Notes: generated by a model from the sequence alone, not told the origin. Numbered from the stretch's first letter, positions 1-9,210 are shown. The stretch is 64,000 nucleotides of DNA from Gemmatimonadota bacterium (GCA_963666735.1 OY762926.1:672001-736000), one strand, 5' to 3'. Numbers and translations: made by a program.

Positions 1-1
1 C

Positions 2-496
2 TGCCCGGGCCTCATCGTTCCCGGCCGCTGCAAGGTCGGGATTCTCCCCGGCCAGATCGTGTGCGAGGGACCGGTCGGAATCGTGAGCCGTTCCGGCACC
101 CTTACCTACGAGGTCATCTTCCAGCTCACGCGGGCCGGGATCGGACAATCCGCCTGCGTCGGGATCGGGGGGGACCCGCTCATCGGCACGGACTTCGTCG
201 ATTGCCTGGCGGCGTTCGAGGCGGATTCGGAGACCGAGGCGGTCGCGGTGATCGGGGAAATCGGCGGCACGGACGAGCAGGTGGCGGCAGAATACGTGTC
301 GCGAGAGATGAGCAAGCCCGTCGTGGGGTTTATCGCGGGCCAGACCGCGCCTCCCGGCCGGCGCATGGGGCACGCCGGCGCGATCATCTCGGGCTCCGAG
401 GGGACGGCGGACGAGAAGATCCGCGCCTTCGAGAGCCACGGGGTCCGGGTCGCCCGGAGGCCCGCCGACCTGGTCGGGCTTATAGGCGGCCGCTAG
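2..496 (+). CDS. sucD: Succinyl-CoA synthetase alpha subunit, 5' truncated by window edge
   Basis: Frame open from position 2 ([14 protein letters not shown]); motifs [30 protein letters not shown]. Confidence 0.97.
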   Translation, partial: CPGLIVPGRCKVGILPGQIVCEGPVGIVSRSGTLTYEVIFQLTRAGIGQSACVGIGGDPLIGTDFVDCLAAFEADSETEAVAVIGEIGGTDEQVAAEYVSREMSKPVVGFIAGQTAPPGRRMGHAGAIISGSEGTADEKIRAFESHGVRVARRPADLVGLIGGR

Positions 497-2141
497 GAGC
501 CTGCGCCGTAGAAACCGATGGTGCGGCGCGTTTCGGGTGGTTATGGTGATGGCGTGCTGTGACGGGTTCAAGTTCGGCGCGGGGAGTTGGCGATGAGTGC
601 GAGGTCTCTACCGTACGATCCGGAGAGGATGCGGACGAGGTTCCGCCCGTACGATCCGGACCAGCGGTTGCTGCTGCCGCAGGATCTTCGCGAGTGGGTG
701 CCGGCGGGGCATCTGGCGCACCACGTGAGCGATCTGGTGGACGCGCTGGACCTGTCGGCGTTCTACGCGCGGTACGAGGGGGACGGACGCCGTCGGAGCC
801 CGTACGATCCGCGGATGATGGTGAAGGTTCTGCTGTACGGTTACGCGACGGGGGTGTTCTCGTCTCGGAAGCTGGCGCGGAAGCTGGAGGAGGACGTGCC
901 GCTCAGGATGCTGGCGGCGGGGAACTTTCCGGCGCACCGGACGCTGTGCGAGTTCCGGAAGAAGAACCTGAGGGCGTTCGGTGCGTTGTTCGCCGAGGCG
1001 GTGCTTCTGGCGCGGGAGCTGGGTCTGGCGGGGCTGGGCCGGGTGGCGGTGGACGGGACGAAGGTTCGGGCGAACGCGAGCAAGCGGAAGGCGATGAGCT
1101 ACGGGCGGATGGGTCCGGAGGAGGCGCGCCTGGAGGCGGAGATCGCGGAGTTGCTGGCGCGTGCGGAGGCGGCCGACGCGGAGGAGGACGAGCGGCACGG
1201 GGAGGACGTTCGGGGCGACGAGCTGCCGGAGGAGCTGAAGCGGCGGGAGGACCGGCTGGCGGCGATCCGGGCGGCGCGGGCTCGTCTGGAGGCGGAGGCG
1301 CGGGAGCGCGACGACGCGCGGGGCCGGGAGCCGGAGTGGGACCGCAACCCGAAGGGGGGGTCGCCGTACAAGCTGGCCTACGGGGAGCCGGAGGCGGACT
1401 CGCAGACGAACTTCACGGATCCGGAGAGCCGGATCATGCGGACGAGCACGGAGGGCTACCAGCAGTGCTACAACGCGCAGGCGGTGGTCGACGGCGAGAG
1501 CCAGCTGGTGCTGGGGGCGGAGGTGACCGACAACGCGAGCGACCAGGGGCAGCTGGTGGAGCGGGTGGACGAGGTGTCCGGGCGGTTGGGGGAGACGCCG
1601 GGCGAGGTGCTGGCCGACGCGGGCTACTCGAACGAGGAGGATCTGGCGGCTCTGGATGCGCGGGGGATCGACGGCTACGTGGCGCTGGGCCGGGAGGGCA
1701 AGGGGGCCGGCAAGCCCGACCCGAAGAAGCTCCCGGCGACGGCGCGCATGGCGAAGAAGCTGGAGACTCCCCAAGGCCGGGCGGTGTATGCCAAGCGCAA
1801 GTGGATCGCCGAAGCGCCCATCGGGTGGGTCAAGGAGGCGATGGGGTTCAGGAGGTTCAGCCTCAGGGGCTTGGAGAACGTGCGCGGCGAGTGGGATCTG
1901 GTGTGTCTGGCGCTCAACGCGCGGCGCCTCCACGTCCTTCGGGCCGCGTGAGGGGCGAAATCTTCGCGCCGGAGGGCCTCCGGGGCCCGAAACGCGGCCG
2001 GATCCACCCGGAAACGGCGCCGGCGCGGCGGCTTCGCCCGCGCGACGGCGGCTCCCGCCGACAACCGGCGCCCCTCAGCCTCCGGGCGGCCGCGCTTCCC
2101 GGGATCCGCCGCCCTTCGCGACCGTTCTACCGCGCAAGCTC
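497..2141 (+). mobile_element. IS1182-family insertion sequence (1645 bp)
   Basis: 17-bp imperfect terminal inverted repeats: 497-513 GAGCCTGCGCCGTAGAA versus reverse complement of 2125-2141 GAGCTTGCGCGGTAGAA; 4-bp CTAG direct repeat at 493-496 and 2142-2145; single DDE transposase. Confidence 0.93.
593..1951 (+). CDS. IS1182-family DDE transposase
   Basis: DUF772-like N-terminus (YDPRMMVKVLLYGYATGVFSSRKL), VAVDGTK, TNFTDPESRIM, YNAQ, LADAGY, RKWIAE; GGGGAG RBS upstream of ATG 593 (alternative start 629). Confidence 0.93.
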   Translation: MSARSLPYDPERMRTRFRPYDPDQRLLLPQDLREWVPAGHLAHHVSDLVDALDLSAFYARYEGDGRRRSPYDPRMMVKVLLYGYATGVFSSRKLARKLEEDVPLRMLAAGNFPAHRTLCEFRKKNLRAFGALFAEAVLLARELGLAGLGRVAVDGTKVRANASKRKAMSYGRMGPEEARLEAEIAELLARAEAADAEEDERHGEDVRGDELPEELKRREDRLAAIRAARARLEAEARERDDARGREPEWDRNPKGGSPYKLAYGEPEADSQTNFTDPESRIMRTSTEGYQQCYNAQAVVDGESQLVLGAEVTDNASDQGQLVERVDEVSGRLGETPGEVLADAGYSNEEDLAALDARGIDGYVALGREGKGAGKPDPKKLPATARMAKKLETPQGRAVYAKRKWIAEAPIGWVKEAMGFRRFSLRGLENVRGEWDLVCLALNARRLHVLRAA

Positions 2142-2192
2142 CTAGCGGGCCGTGACGGAAACGCTGCGATGCGGAACCGGCGGGAGGCGGCG

Positions 2193-2645
2193 ATGAAAGT
2201 ACGGGAGATCATGACCCGCGACGTGACCACGGCCGCTCCCGGGATGGCGCTGGAGGAGGCGGCGGAGATGCTCGCGCGGAGGCGGCTGCGCGCCATGCCG
2301 GTCATCGATGACGAGGGCCATGTCCTGGGGATGCTCACGGACCGCCTGCTGATCAGTCGTCTTTTGCCGGAGCTCGAGCGGGCGGATGCTGGCCGGCCGG
2401 CGGCGGGAGGCGCTCACGTCGGCGAGGTGCGCGACATCATGGAACGAGCCGTGATGTGCGTGAAGGAGGACGAACCGCTGGCCAACGTGGTCCGTCTGAT
2501 GCTGGACAGGGAAATCGAACGTTTGCCGGTCGTCCGGGAGGGCCAGCTCGTCGGGTTTCTGACGCGCGGCGACATCATCCGAAGGCTCCTTGTTCAGGAC
2601 GCGGCGGGCAGAGCGGAAGAAACAAGTGACACGAAAGGGGAGTGA
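2193..2645 (+). CDS. CBS-domain pair protein
   Basis: MKVREIMTRDV, MPVIDD..LGMLT, VRDIM, LPVV..LVGFLTRGDI; GGAGG RBS before ATG 2193. Confidence 0.88.
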   Translation: MKVREIMTRDVTTAAPGMALEEAAEMLARRRLRAMPVIDDEGHVLGMLTDRLLISRLLPELERADAGRPAAGGAHVGEVRDIMERAVMCVKEDEPLANVVRLMLDREIERLPVVREGQLVGFLTRGDIIRRLLVQDAAGRAEETSDTKGE

Positions 2646-2649
2646 AGCC

Positions 2650-3075
2650 GTGCAGAGGATGACGCTCGCGATCATCAAGCCCGATGCGTTCGGGTCCGGG
2701 AAGGCCGGCAGGGTACTCGCCGCGCTCGAGGACGCGGGCTTTCGCATACGGGGGACACGCGTCCTGCGCCTCGGGCGCGCCGGAGCCGAGGAGTTCTACG
2801 CGGTGCACCGGGAACGCCCCTTCTTCGGGGCGCTGGTGGAGTTCATGACATCGGGGCCCTGCATGGCGCTCGCGCTTGAACACGACCGGGCGGTGCCCTA
2901 TCTGCGCGAGGTCATCGGCGCCACGGATCCGGCGGAAGCGGCGCCGGGCACCGTGCGCGCGCTGTACGCGGAGAGCAAGGAGCGTAACGCGATCCACGGT
3001 TCCGATTCCGACGAGAACGCGAGGGGGGAACTCGGCTTTTTCTTCGGACGGATCGACCTTATCGGCAGCGCGTGA
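2650..3075 (+). CDS. ndk: Nucleoside diphosphate kinase
   Basis: TLAIIKPDA, FMTSGP, IGATDP, NAIHGSDS. Confidence 0.97.
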   Translation: MQRMTLAIIKPDAFGSGKAGRVLAALEDAGFRIRGTRVLRLGRAGAEEFYAVHRERPFFGALVEFMTSGPCMALALEHDRAVPYLREVIGATDPAEAAPGTVRALYAESKERNAIHGSDSDENARGELGFFFGRIDLIGSA

Positions 3076-3647
3076 GTCCGCGTCGCGCGTCGCGGTCACC
3101 GGACTCGGCGGAACCCGCCCGCATCGGACTCGCGGGCCTCGACGCCGGACCCCTCGAGCGGGCGTTTCGCGTCGAGACGCCGGGCGAATCGCTCGGCGCG
3201 CTGCCGCTGCCCTTCGAGTATGTCGATGTCGAGGTCGAAGTCCGGCGTGCGGATGGGGCCGCGGTTCGCGCCCGGGGCACGCTCGGCGCGCGGGCGACCG
3301 TCGAGTGTCGCCGCTGCCTCGAGCCGACCCGGGTCGGCGTGCGCGCGAAATGGGCCGCACTGTACCGTCCGCCAGGTCGCGTCACCCCCGGGGAAGAGGG
3401 GGTCTGGTCGCTCGACGCGGGGTCGGGCGAACTGGATCTGGCCGGGCCGATCCGTGAGGAGTTGTGGGTCAACGCGCCCGCCTTCGTGGAGTGCTCGCGC
3501 GACTGCGCGGGGCTCTGCCCGACGTGCGGCGTGCGGCTCGCGGAGCAGGCCTGTCGCTGCCCGGCGGCGGAACCCGACGCGCGCTGGGCCGCGCTGGAGG
3601 GATCGGGCGGAGGTTCGGCGCGCGTTTCGGAGGGTGACATTCCTTGA
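3072..3647 (+). CDS. yceD: DUF177/YceD-family protein
   Basis: ECRRCL and CSRDCAGLCPTCG..C.C..DARWAAL motifs; usual position upstream of rpmF. Confidence 0.88.
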   Translation: MSPRRASRSPDSAEPARIGLAGLDAGPLERAFRVETPGESLGALPLPFEYVDVEVEVRRADGAAVRARGTLGARATVECRRCLEPTRVGVRAKWAALYRPPGRVTPGEEGVWSLDAGSGELDLAGPIREELWVNAPAFVECSRDCAGLCPTCGVRLAEQACRCPAAEPDARWAALEGSGGGSARVSEGDIP

Positions 3648-3731
3648 CATTCCAGAGCGGAAAGCGCCAGTTGCCGTGTTCCGCTCGAACGCGGCACACT
3701 AGCCAATGGCTGCCAGGAGTGAGTTGACGAT

Positions 3732-3914
3732 ATGGCTGTTCCCAAGAGACGGACGTCGAAGCAGCGCAAGCGCAAGCGGCGTACGCATTACAAGGCGCGG
3801 GACGACGCGCGCCAGGCATGCCCCAAGTGCGGGGATCCGAAACGTCCGCATCGCGTCTGTCCGACCTGCGGCCACTACGCGGATCGCGAGGTCGTTCAGA
3901 TCGACGACTTTTGA
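3732..3914 (+). CDS. rpmF: 50S ribosomal protein L32 (Zn-ribbon type)
   Basis: [27 protein letters not shown]. Confidence 0.98.
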   Translation: MAVPKRRTSKQRKRKRRTHYKARDDARQACPKCGDPKRPHRVCPTCGHYADREVVQIDDF

Positions 3915-3961
3915 AGCCCCCGAGCGCGGCCGCCGCCGTCCGGCGGCCGGGCCGGGGGGTT
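3915..3961 (+). terminator. GC-rich stem-loop between rpmF and plsX (terminator or stability hairpin)
   Basis: CCCCCG...CGGCCGCCG loop CGGCGGCCG...CGGGGG; only a short T run follows. Confidence 0.4.
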
Positions 3962-3969
3962 GATCGGAC

Positions 3970-4953
3970 ATGATTCGGGTTGCACTCGACCTTGTGGGCG
4001 GAGACGCCGCGCCGGAGGCCGCTCTGGAGGCCGCCGCGGGAGCTCTCGACGCGTGGCCGGACGACCTTTCCCTCCTCCTTGTGGGGCCCGGCGATCTCTT
4101 GCGTGCGGAACGGGCCCGGTTCCCGCGCGACCGGGTGGCATGGCTCGCGGCGGAGGAGTTCATCGCGCCGGCCGATCCGCCCGCTCTGGCGGCGCGGCGG
4201 AAGGCGGACAGCACCGTGGTTCGCGGGCTGGAGGCCGTCCGCGATGGACAGGCGGATGCCTTCGTGTCGGCGGGACCGACGGGGGCGACGGTCGTCGCTT
4301 CGGTGCTCACGCTCGGCTTGCTCCCCGGAGTGGACCGGCCGCCGGTGGGCGCCCTTTTCCCGACCGGGACCGGGCGGGTCCTCGTCATGGACGTGGGGGC
4401 GAACGTGGACGTCCGCCCGCGGCAACTGCACCAGTTTGCCCACCTGGGATCGACCTATCTGCGCCGGACGCTCTCCATCGGGCGACCGCGCGTCGGGCTT
4501 CTCAACATCGGGGCGGAGGGAGAGAAGGGAGGAGGCGTCATGGCGACGGCCCACGGCCACCTCTCGGCCGACCGCGATCTCCATTTCATCGGGAACGTGG
4601 AGGGACACCAGATCGTGAGCGGAGTGTGCGACGTGCTCGTGTGCGGCGGCTTCGTCGGTAACGTGCTGCTCAAGTTCTACGAGTCGATCGCGGAATTCGT
4701 GCTCGAGATCTTCCGTGACGCCGGCGTCGGCGAGGGAGGCCAACTCGGTGAGGCGCTGCGTTTTCTCGACTATGCGGAGTACGGCGGCGCCCCCCTGTTC
4801 GGCGTGGACGGGGTCACGATCATCTGTCACGGCACTTCCCCCCCGCGCGCCATCATGAACGGAATTCGCACGGCGGCCGACTGTGCCGCCTCGGGCTTCA
4901 CGTCCGTCACTCGCACCTCGCTTGCCCGGATGCGGCAGGAGAGCGGCGCGTGA
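3970..4953 (+). CDS. plsX: Phosphate acyltransferase PlsX
   Basis: IRVALDLVGGDAAP, VSAGPTGA, GVDRP, DVGANVD, LLNIGAE..KG, GFVGNVLLK, YGGAPLFGV..IICHG. Confidence 0.96.
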   Translation: MIRVALDLVGGDAAPEAALEAAAGALDAWPDDLSLLLVGPGDLLRAERARFPRDRVAWLAAEEFIAPADPPALAARRKADSTVVRGLEAVRDGQADAFVSAGPTGATVVASVLTLGLLPGVDRPPVGALFPTGTGRVLVMDVGANVDVRPRQLHQFAHLGSTYLRRTLSIGRPRVGLLNIGAEGEKGGGVMATAHGHLSADRDLHFIGNVEGHQIVSGVCDVLVCGGFVGNVLLKFYESIAEFVLEIFRDAGVGEGGQLGEALRFLDYAEYGGAPLFGVDGVTIICHGTSPPRAIMNGIRTAADCAASGFTSVTRTSLARMRQESGA

Positions 4954-5885
4954 GCGGGGTCGCCCTCCTCTTCCCGGGACAGGGCGCCCAGTACGTGGGC
5001 ATGGGCCGGGATCTGGCGGAAGATGATGCGTCGGTGCGGGAACTCTACGAGCGGGCCGACGATACGCTCGGCATGCCGTTGAGCCGGATCTGCTGGGAGG
5101 GACCCGAGGAAGAACTTCGGGCCACGGAGAACGCGCAACCGGCGATCATGCTGCACTCCTTCGCCATCTGGCATCTCATCGCCGCGCGCGCCGGGAAGAT
5201 CGGCATCGGGGCGGGGCATTCGCTCGGCGAGCTGTCCGCGTACCTCGTGTCCGGCGCCTTCGGCTTCGAGGACGGTCTCCGGATCGTGCGGGAACGCGGA
5301 CGCCTCATGGGAGCCTCCGGTGCGGACCGGCCGGGCACGATGGCCGCCATACTCGGGTTGGACGCAGAGTCCGTCGCCGACGCGTGTGAGCGTGCGGCGG
5401 AGGCCGGGCGGGTTGCCGTGCCCGCGAATCTCAACGCTCCGGGCCAGGTCGTCATCAGCGGCGATGCCGAGGCCGTGGCCGCGGCGGTCCGGCTCGCTTC
5501 GGAGGCCGGCGCGCGCCGCGTCCTCCCGCTCAACGTGAGCGGCGCGTTCCATTCTCCCCTCATGGCGACGGCGGCCGGCGGGCTGGCGGCGGCGCTCGAG
5601 GGGACGAACTGGGGGGAGCCGTCGTTCCCCATCGTCTCCAACGCCACGGCGACACTCGTGACCGACTCGGAGGAGGCGCGGCGCACGCTCATCCTGCAAC
5701 TCACGTCGCCGGTTCGGTGGATGGAGGGGATCGAGCGCATCCGCGAGAGCGGGACCGCGCGCTGGCTCGAAGTCGGACCCGGCAACGTGCTCTCGGGCCT
5801 CGCCCGTCGCATCGATCGAAGCTTGCGCGTGATTGCGGTCGGAGATTCGCCGTCCGTGGACGCCTACCTGGGATCCTCGGACTGA
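4950..5885 (+). CDS. fabD: Malonyl-CoA-ACP transacylase
   Basis: FPGQGAQ, GHSLGE, LNVSGAFHS, QLTSPVRW. Confidence 0.97.
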   Translation: MSGVALLFPGQGAQYVGMGRDLAEDDASVRELYERADDTLGMPLSRICWEGPEEELRATENAQPAIMLHSFAIWHLIAARAGKIGIGAGHSLGELSAYLVSGAFGFEDGLRIVRERGRLMGASGADRPGTMAAILGLDAESVADACERAAEAGRVAVPANLNAPGQVVISGDAEAVAAAVRLASEAGARRVLPLNVSGAFHSPLMATAAGGLAAALEGTNWGEPSFPIVSNATATLVTDSEEARRTLILQLTSPVRWMEGIERIRESGTARWLEVGPGNVLSGLARRIDRSLRVIAVGDSPSVDAYLGSSD

Positions 5886-5896
5886 GGGGCGCCTGA

Positions 5897-6640
5897 ATGA
5901 GCGAACTGACGGGAGAGATCGCCATCGTCACGGGAGCGACGCGCGGCATCGGGACCGCGATCGCAACGGAACTGGCCCTGGCGGGCGCACGGGTGGCTGT
6001 CGTCGGCACCGGGGCGGACCGCGCGCGGGCCGTCGCCGAGCGCCTGCCCGGAGACGGTCATGCGGGCTTCGGTTGCGACGTCTCCGACCCCGCGGCGTGC
6101 GGGGGACTGGTCTCGGACGTCTTCGAGAGGCTCGGCAGTGCGACGATCCTCGTGAACAACGCGGGCATCACGCGCGACAGCCTCCTGCTCCGCCTCAAGG
6201 ACGAGGACTGGCAGTCCGTGCTCGACACGAATCTGTCGGGGGCTTTCTATCTGATGCGGGCCGTCGCCCGCGGCATGATGAAGCGGCGCGCCGGAAACAT
6301 CGTGAACATCTCCAGCGTTGTGGGCTTGACGGGAAACCGCGGCCAGTCCAACTATGCGGCGGCCAAAGCCGCCCTGATCTCGCTCACCCGAAGCGTCGCT
6401 CAGGAGCTTGCGAGTCGCGGTGTGCGGGCCAACGCTGTCGCACCGGGGTTCATCTCGACCGACATGACCTCGGGACTGCCCGAAAGCGTTCAAAAAGCCA
6501 TGTCGGAGAGGATTCCCCTCGGCCGGCCCGGGTCCCCGGAAGATGTCGCCACGGTGGTGCGATTTCTCGTGGGTCCCGGGGCTTCGTACGTTACCGGGCA
6601 GGTGATCGTCGTCGACGGCGGGATGGTCATGCAGTCGTAG
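5897..6640 (+). CDS. fabG: 3-oxoacyl-ACP reductase
   Basis: TGATRGIG, NNAGITRD, NYAAAK, NAVAPGFI. Confidence 0.96.
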   Translation: MSELTGEIAIVTGATRGIGTAIATELALAGARVAVVGTGADRARAVAERLPGDGHAGFGCDVSDPAACGGLVSDVFERLGSATILVNNAGITRDSLLLRLKDEDWQSVLDTNLSGAFYLMRAVARGMMKRRAGNIVNISSVVGLTGNRGQSNYAAAKAALISLTRSVAQELASRGVRANAVAPGFISTDMTSGLPESVQKAMSERIPLGRPGSPEDVATVVRFLVGPGASYVTGQVIVVDGGMVMQS

Positions 6641-6739
6641 CGGCGCCGCCGCATATTCGGTCAGCGGATCAGCGAAGAAGGGATCGGGAAACGGCGGGGC
6701 CGCGGGTCGGTCCCCTTCATACAAGGAGAACACGCAATC

Positions 6740-6970
6740 ATGGACAACGCGGCACGCGTGCGGGAGATCATCGCGCAGGAACTCGGCGTGGAGCAGGAGA
6801 AGGTGGTGGACGACGCGAACTTCGTCGATGATCTGGGCGCCGACTCGCTCGATACCGTCGAACTCGTGATGGCTTTCGAGGAAGAGTTCGGGATCGAGAT
6901 CCCGGATGAGGACGCGGAGAGGATGCAGACGGTCCAGGAGGCCATCGCGTATCTGAACGAGAAGGCCTAG
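6740..6970 (+). CDS. acpP: Acyl carrier protein
   Basis: [29 protein letters not shown]. Confidence 0.98.
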   Translation: MDNAARVREIIAQELGVEQEKVVDDANFVDDLGADSLDTVELVMAFEEEFGIEIPDEDAERMQTVQEAIAYLNEKA

Positions 6971-6999
6971 CGCCTGGCTGCCTCTCATTTCATGAGAAC

Positions 7000-8250
7000 A
7001 TGAGAAGACGTGTAGCGATCACGGGGGTCGGCCTCGTCACTCCGGTCGGGCTCGACACCGACTCGACCTGGAACGCGCTCCTCCGCGGCGACAGCGGCGC
7101 GGGACCCATCACCCGGTTCGATGCATCCGACCAGTCGGTTCGCTTCGCCTGCGAGGTGAAGGACTTCGACCCGGCGAGATACATGGACCGGAAGGATGCC
7201 CGCCGGGCGGACCGTTTCCTCCACCTTGCGATGGCCGCGGCGGACCAGGCCGTGACCGAAGCGGGTTTCTCGGAGGGGTTCGGAGAGCTTCCGCCGGATC
7301 GGGTCGGTGTTCTCATCGGCGTCGGGATCGGCGGGCTTCCGCTCCTCGAGGCCCAGCACGAGAAGCTGCTTGCCGGCGGGCCTCGGCGCGTCTCCCCGTT
7401 CTTCATCCCCATGTTTATCCCGGACATGGCGTCGGGGATGGTGTCGATGCGATACGGAGCGCAGGGCCCCAACTATGCGACGGTATCGGCCTGCGCCTCC
7501 AGCGGCCATTCCGTCGGGCTGGCCTTCCGTTCGATCCGCAACGGCGAAGCCGATGTGATGATCACGGGGGGCAGCGAGTCCACGATCACGCCACTCGCGG
7601 TCGCCGGCTTCGCGAACATGCGGGCGATGTCGACGCGCAACGACGACCCGGAGAGGGCCTCGCGCCCCTTCGACGCGCACCGTGACGGGTTCGTGCTCGG
7701 GGAAGGCGCCGGGATGTTCATACTTGAGGAACTGGAACACGCGAAGGCGCGCGGTGCGGCGATCCTCGGGGAATTGGCGGGCTTCGGGCAGAGCGCCGAC
7801 GCCTACCACATGACGGCGCCGGCGCCGGATGGTTCGGGGGCGCGGCTCGCCATGGAGCAGGCCCTCGACGACGCGGGACTCGATCCGGCCGACATCGGGT
7901 ACATCAACGCACACGGCACGTCGACGCCCGCGAACGATGTCTCCGAGACGAAAGCGATCAAGGATGTTCTGGGCGACCATGCCTACTCGATCGTCGTGGG
8001 TTCGACGAAATCGATGACGGGACACACGCTGGGCGCGGCCGGGGCCATAGAAGGGGCGATCTCCGCGCTTGTCTGCCGGCACGGGATCATCCCGCCCACG
8101 ATCAACTTCGAGCAGGCGGATCCCGAGTGCGATCTCGAATACGCCCATGGAGGGGTCCTGGAACGTGAAGTCGAGGTCGCCCTCTCGAATTCTTTCGGGT
8201 TCGGCGGCCACAACGTCTGTCTGGCCGTCCGGCGCTGGAACGGCGACTAG
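7000..8250 (+). CDS. fabF: Beta-ketoacyl-ACP synthase II
   Basis: TVSACAS, RPFD..RDGFV, AHGTST, KSMTGH, SNSFGFGGHN. Confidence 0.97.
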   Translation: MRRRVAITGVGLVTPVGLDTDSTWNALLRGDSGAGPITRFDASDQSVRFACEVKDFDPARYMDRKDARRADRFLHLAMAAADQAVTEAGFSEGFGELPPDRVGVLIGVGIGGLPLLEAQHEKLLAGGPRRVSPFFIPMFIPDMASGMVSMRYGAQGPNYATVSACASSGHSVGLAFRSIRNGEADVMITGGSESTITPLAVAGFANMRAMSTRNDDPERASRPFDAHRDGFVLGEGAGMFILEELEHAKARGAAILGELAGFGQSADAYHMTAPAPDGSGARLAMEQALDDAGLDPADIGYINAHGTSTPANDVSETKAIKDVLGDHAYSIVVGSTKSMTGHTLGAAGAIEGAISALVCRHGIIPPTINFEQADPECDLEYAHGGVLEREVEVALSNSFGFGGHNVCLAVRRWNGD

Positions 8251-8299
8251 CGGTCTTCCGGGCGGGCAGCGCCCGCGGCGGATCGGCCGGGAGGAAGCG

Positions 8300-8704
8300 A
8301 TGAGTTCGGTACTGGTGATGATGGGGTCGGAATCGGACATGCCCACCATGGAAAAGGGCGTGGCGATCCTGCGCGAGCACGGGGTCGACGTGCAGGTCGA
8401 GGTGAGTTCGGCCCACCGGCAGCCGAAGCGGACCGCGGAGCTGGCCGAGGGCGCGGAAGCCGCCGGCCATGCCGTCGTGATCTGCGGGGCGGGACTGTCG
8501 GCGGCGCTCCCCGGCGTCGTGGCGGCGCACACCGCGCTGCCGGTGATCGGGGTTCCCGTCTCCGCGGGTACGCTCGGAGGGCTCGATGCGCTCCTGTCGT
8601 GTGCGCAGATGCCGCCGGGCGTCCCCGTCGCCGCCGTGGGCATCGACAACGCGAAGAACGCGGCTCACCTCGCTCTCCGCATCCTGCGCGCGGTTCGGGG
8701 CTAG
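8300..8704 (+). CDS. purE: AIR carboxylase / N5-CAIR mutase PurE (short, 134 aa)
   Basis: MGSESD, SAHR, GAGLSAALPG, PVIGVP, QMPPGVPVA; GGAGG RBS. Confidence 0.92.
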   Translation: MSSVLVMMGSESDMPTMEKGVAILREHGVDVQVEVSSAHRQPKRTAELAEGAEAAGHAVVICGAGLSAALPGVVAAHTALPVIGVPVSAGTLGGLDALLSCAQMPPGVPVAAVGIDNAKNAAHLALRILRAVRG

Positions 8705-8721
8705 CCCGGGACGTTCGTCCA

Positions 8722-9210
8722 GTGCGAACCGGCGTCGGATACGATTCCCACCGTTTCGATGAGGCGCGGCCTCTCGTGCTGGGGGGAGTAGCGATCCCCG
8801 ATGCCCCCGGACTGAAGGGACACTCCGACGGAGATGCGGTCGCGCACGCAATCACGGATGCGATCCTGGGCGCGGCGGGACTGGGGGACATCGGCGCGCT
8901 CTTCCCGGATACGGATCCCGCGCACGCGGGCGCCGACTCCGTCGAACTCCTCGCCTCGGCCGTGCGCCGACTGAGCGAGGAGGGATTCCGGGTGGTGAAC
9001 GTCGACGCGACGGTCATCGCCGAACGGCCCCGTATCTCCCCGCACGCGCGGGCCATGCGGGAACGGCTCGGTGAAGCTCTGCGCACGGGGCCGGCCGGCG
9101 TGTCGATAAAGGGGAAATCGAACGAGGGGATGGGATGGATCGGACGAGGCGAGGGCCTTGCCGCCATCGCGGTCGCGACGGTGGCCGCGGCCGCGAGGGA
9201 CGGTGCCTGA
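8722..9210 (+). CDS. ispF: 2-C-methyl-D-erythritol 2,4-cyclodiphosphate synthase
   Basis: GVGYDSHRF, GHSDGD, DIGALFPDTD, SIKGKSNEGMG. Confidence 0.96.
   Translation: MRTGVGYDSHRFDEARPLVLGGVAIPDAPGLKGHSDGDAVAHAITDAILGAAGLGDIGALFPDTDPAHAGADSVELLASAVRRLSEEGFRVVNVDATVIAERPRISPHARAMRERLGEALRTGPAGVSIKGKSNEGMGWIGRGEGLAAIAVATVAAAARDGA

Noticed and set aside
559..2145. 528-aa alternative-frame ORF and 441-aa antisense ORF overlapping the IS1182 transposase
   Set aside because: Gly/Arg/Ala-rich shadow frames expected from high-GC codon bias; no recognisable motifs. The same applies to most long overlapping ORFs in the track.
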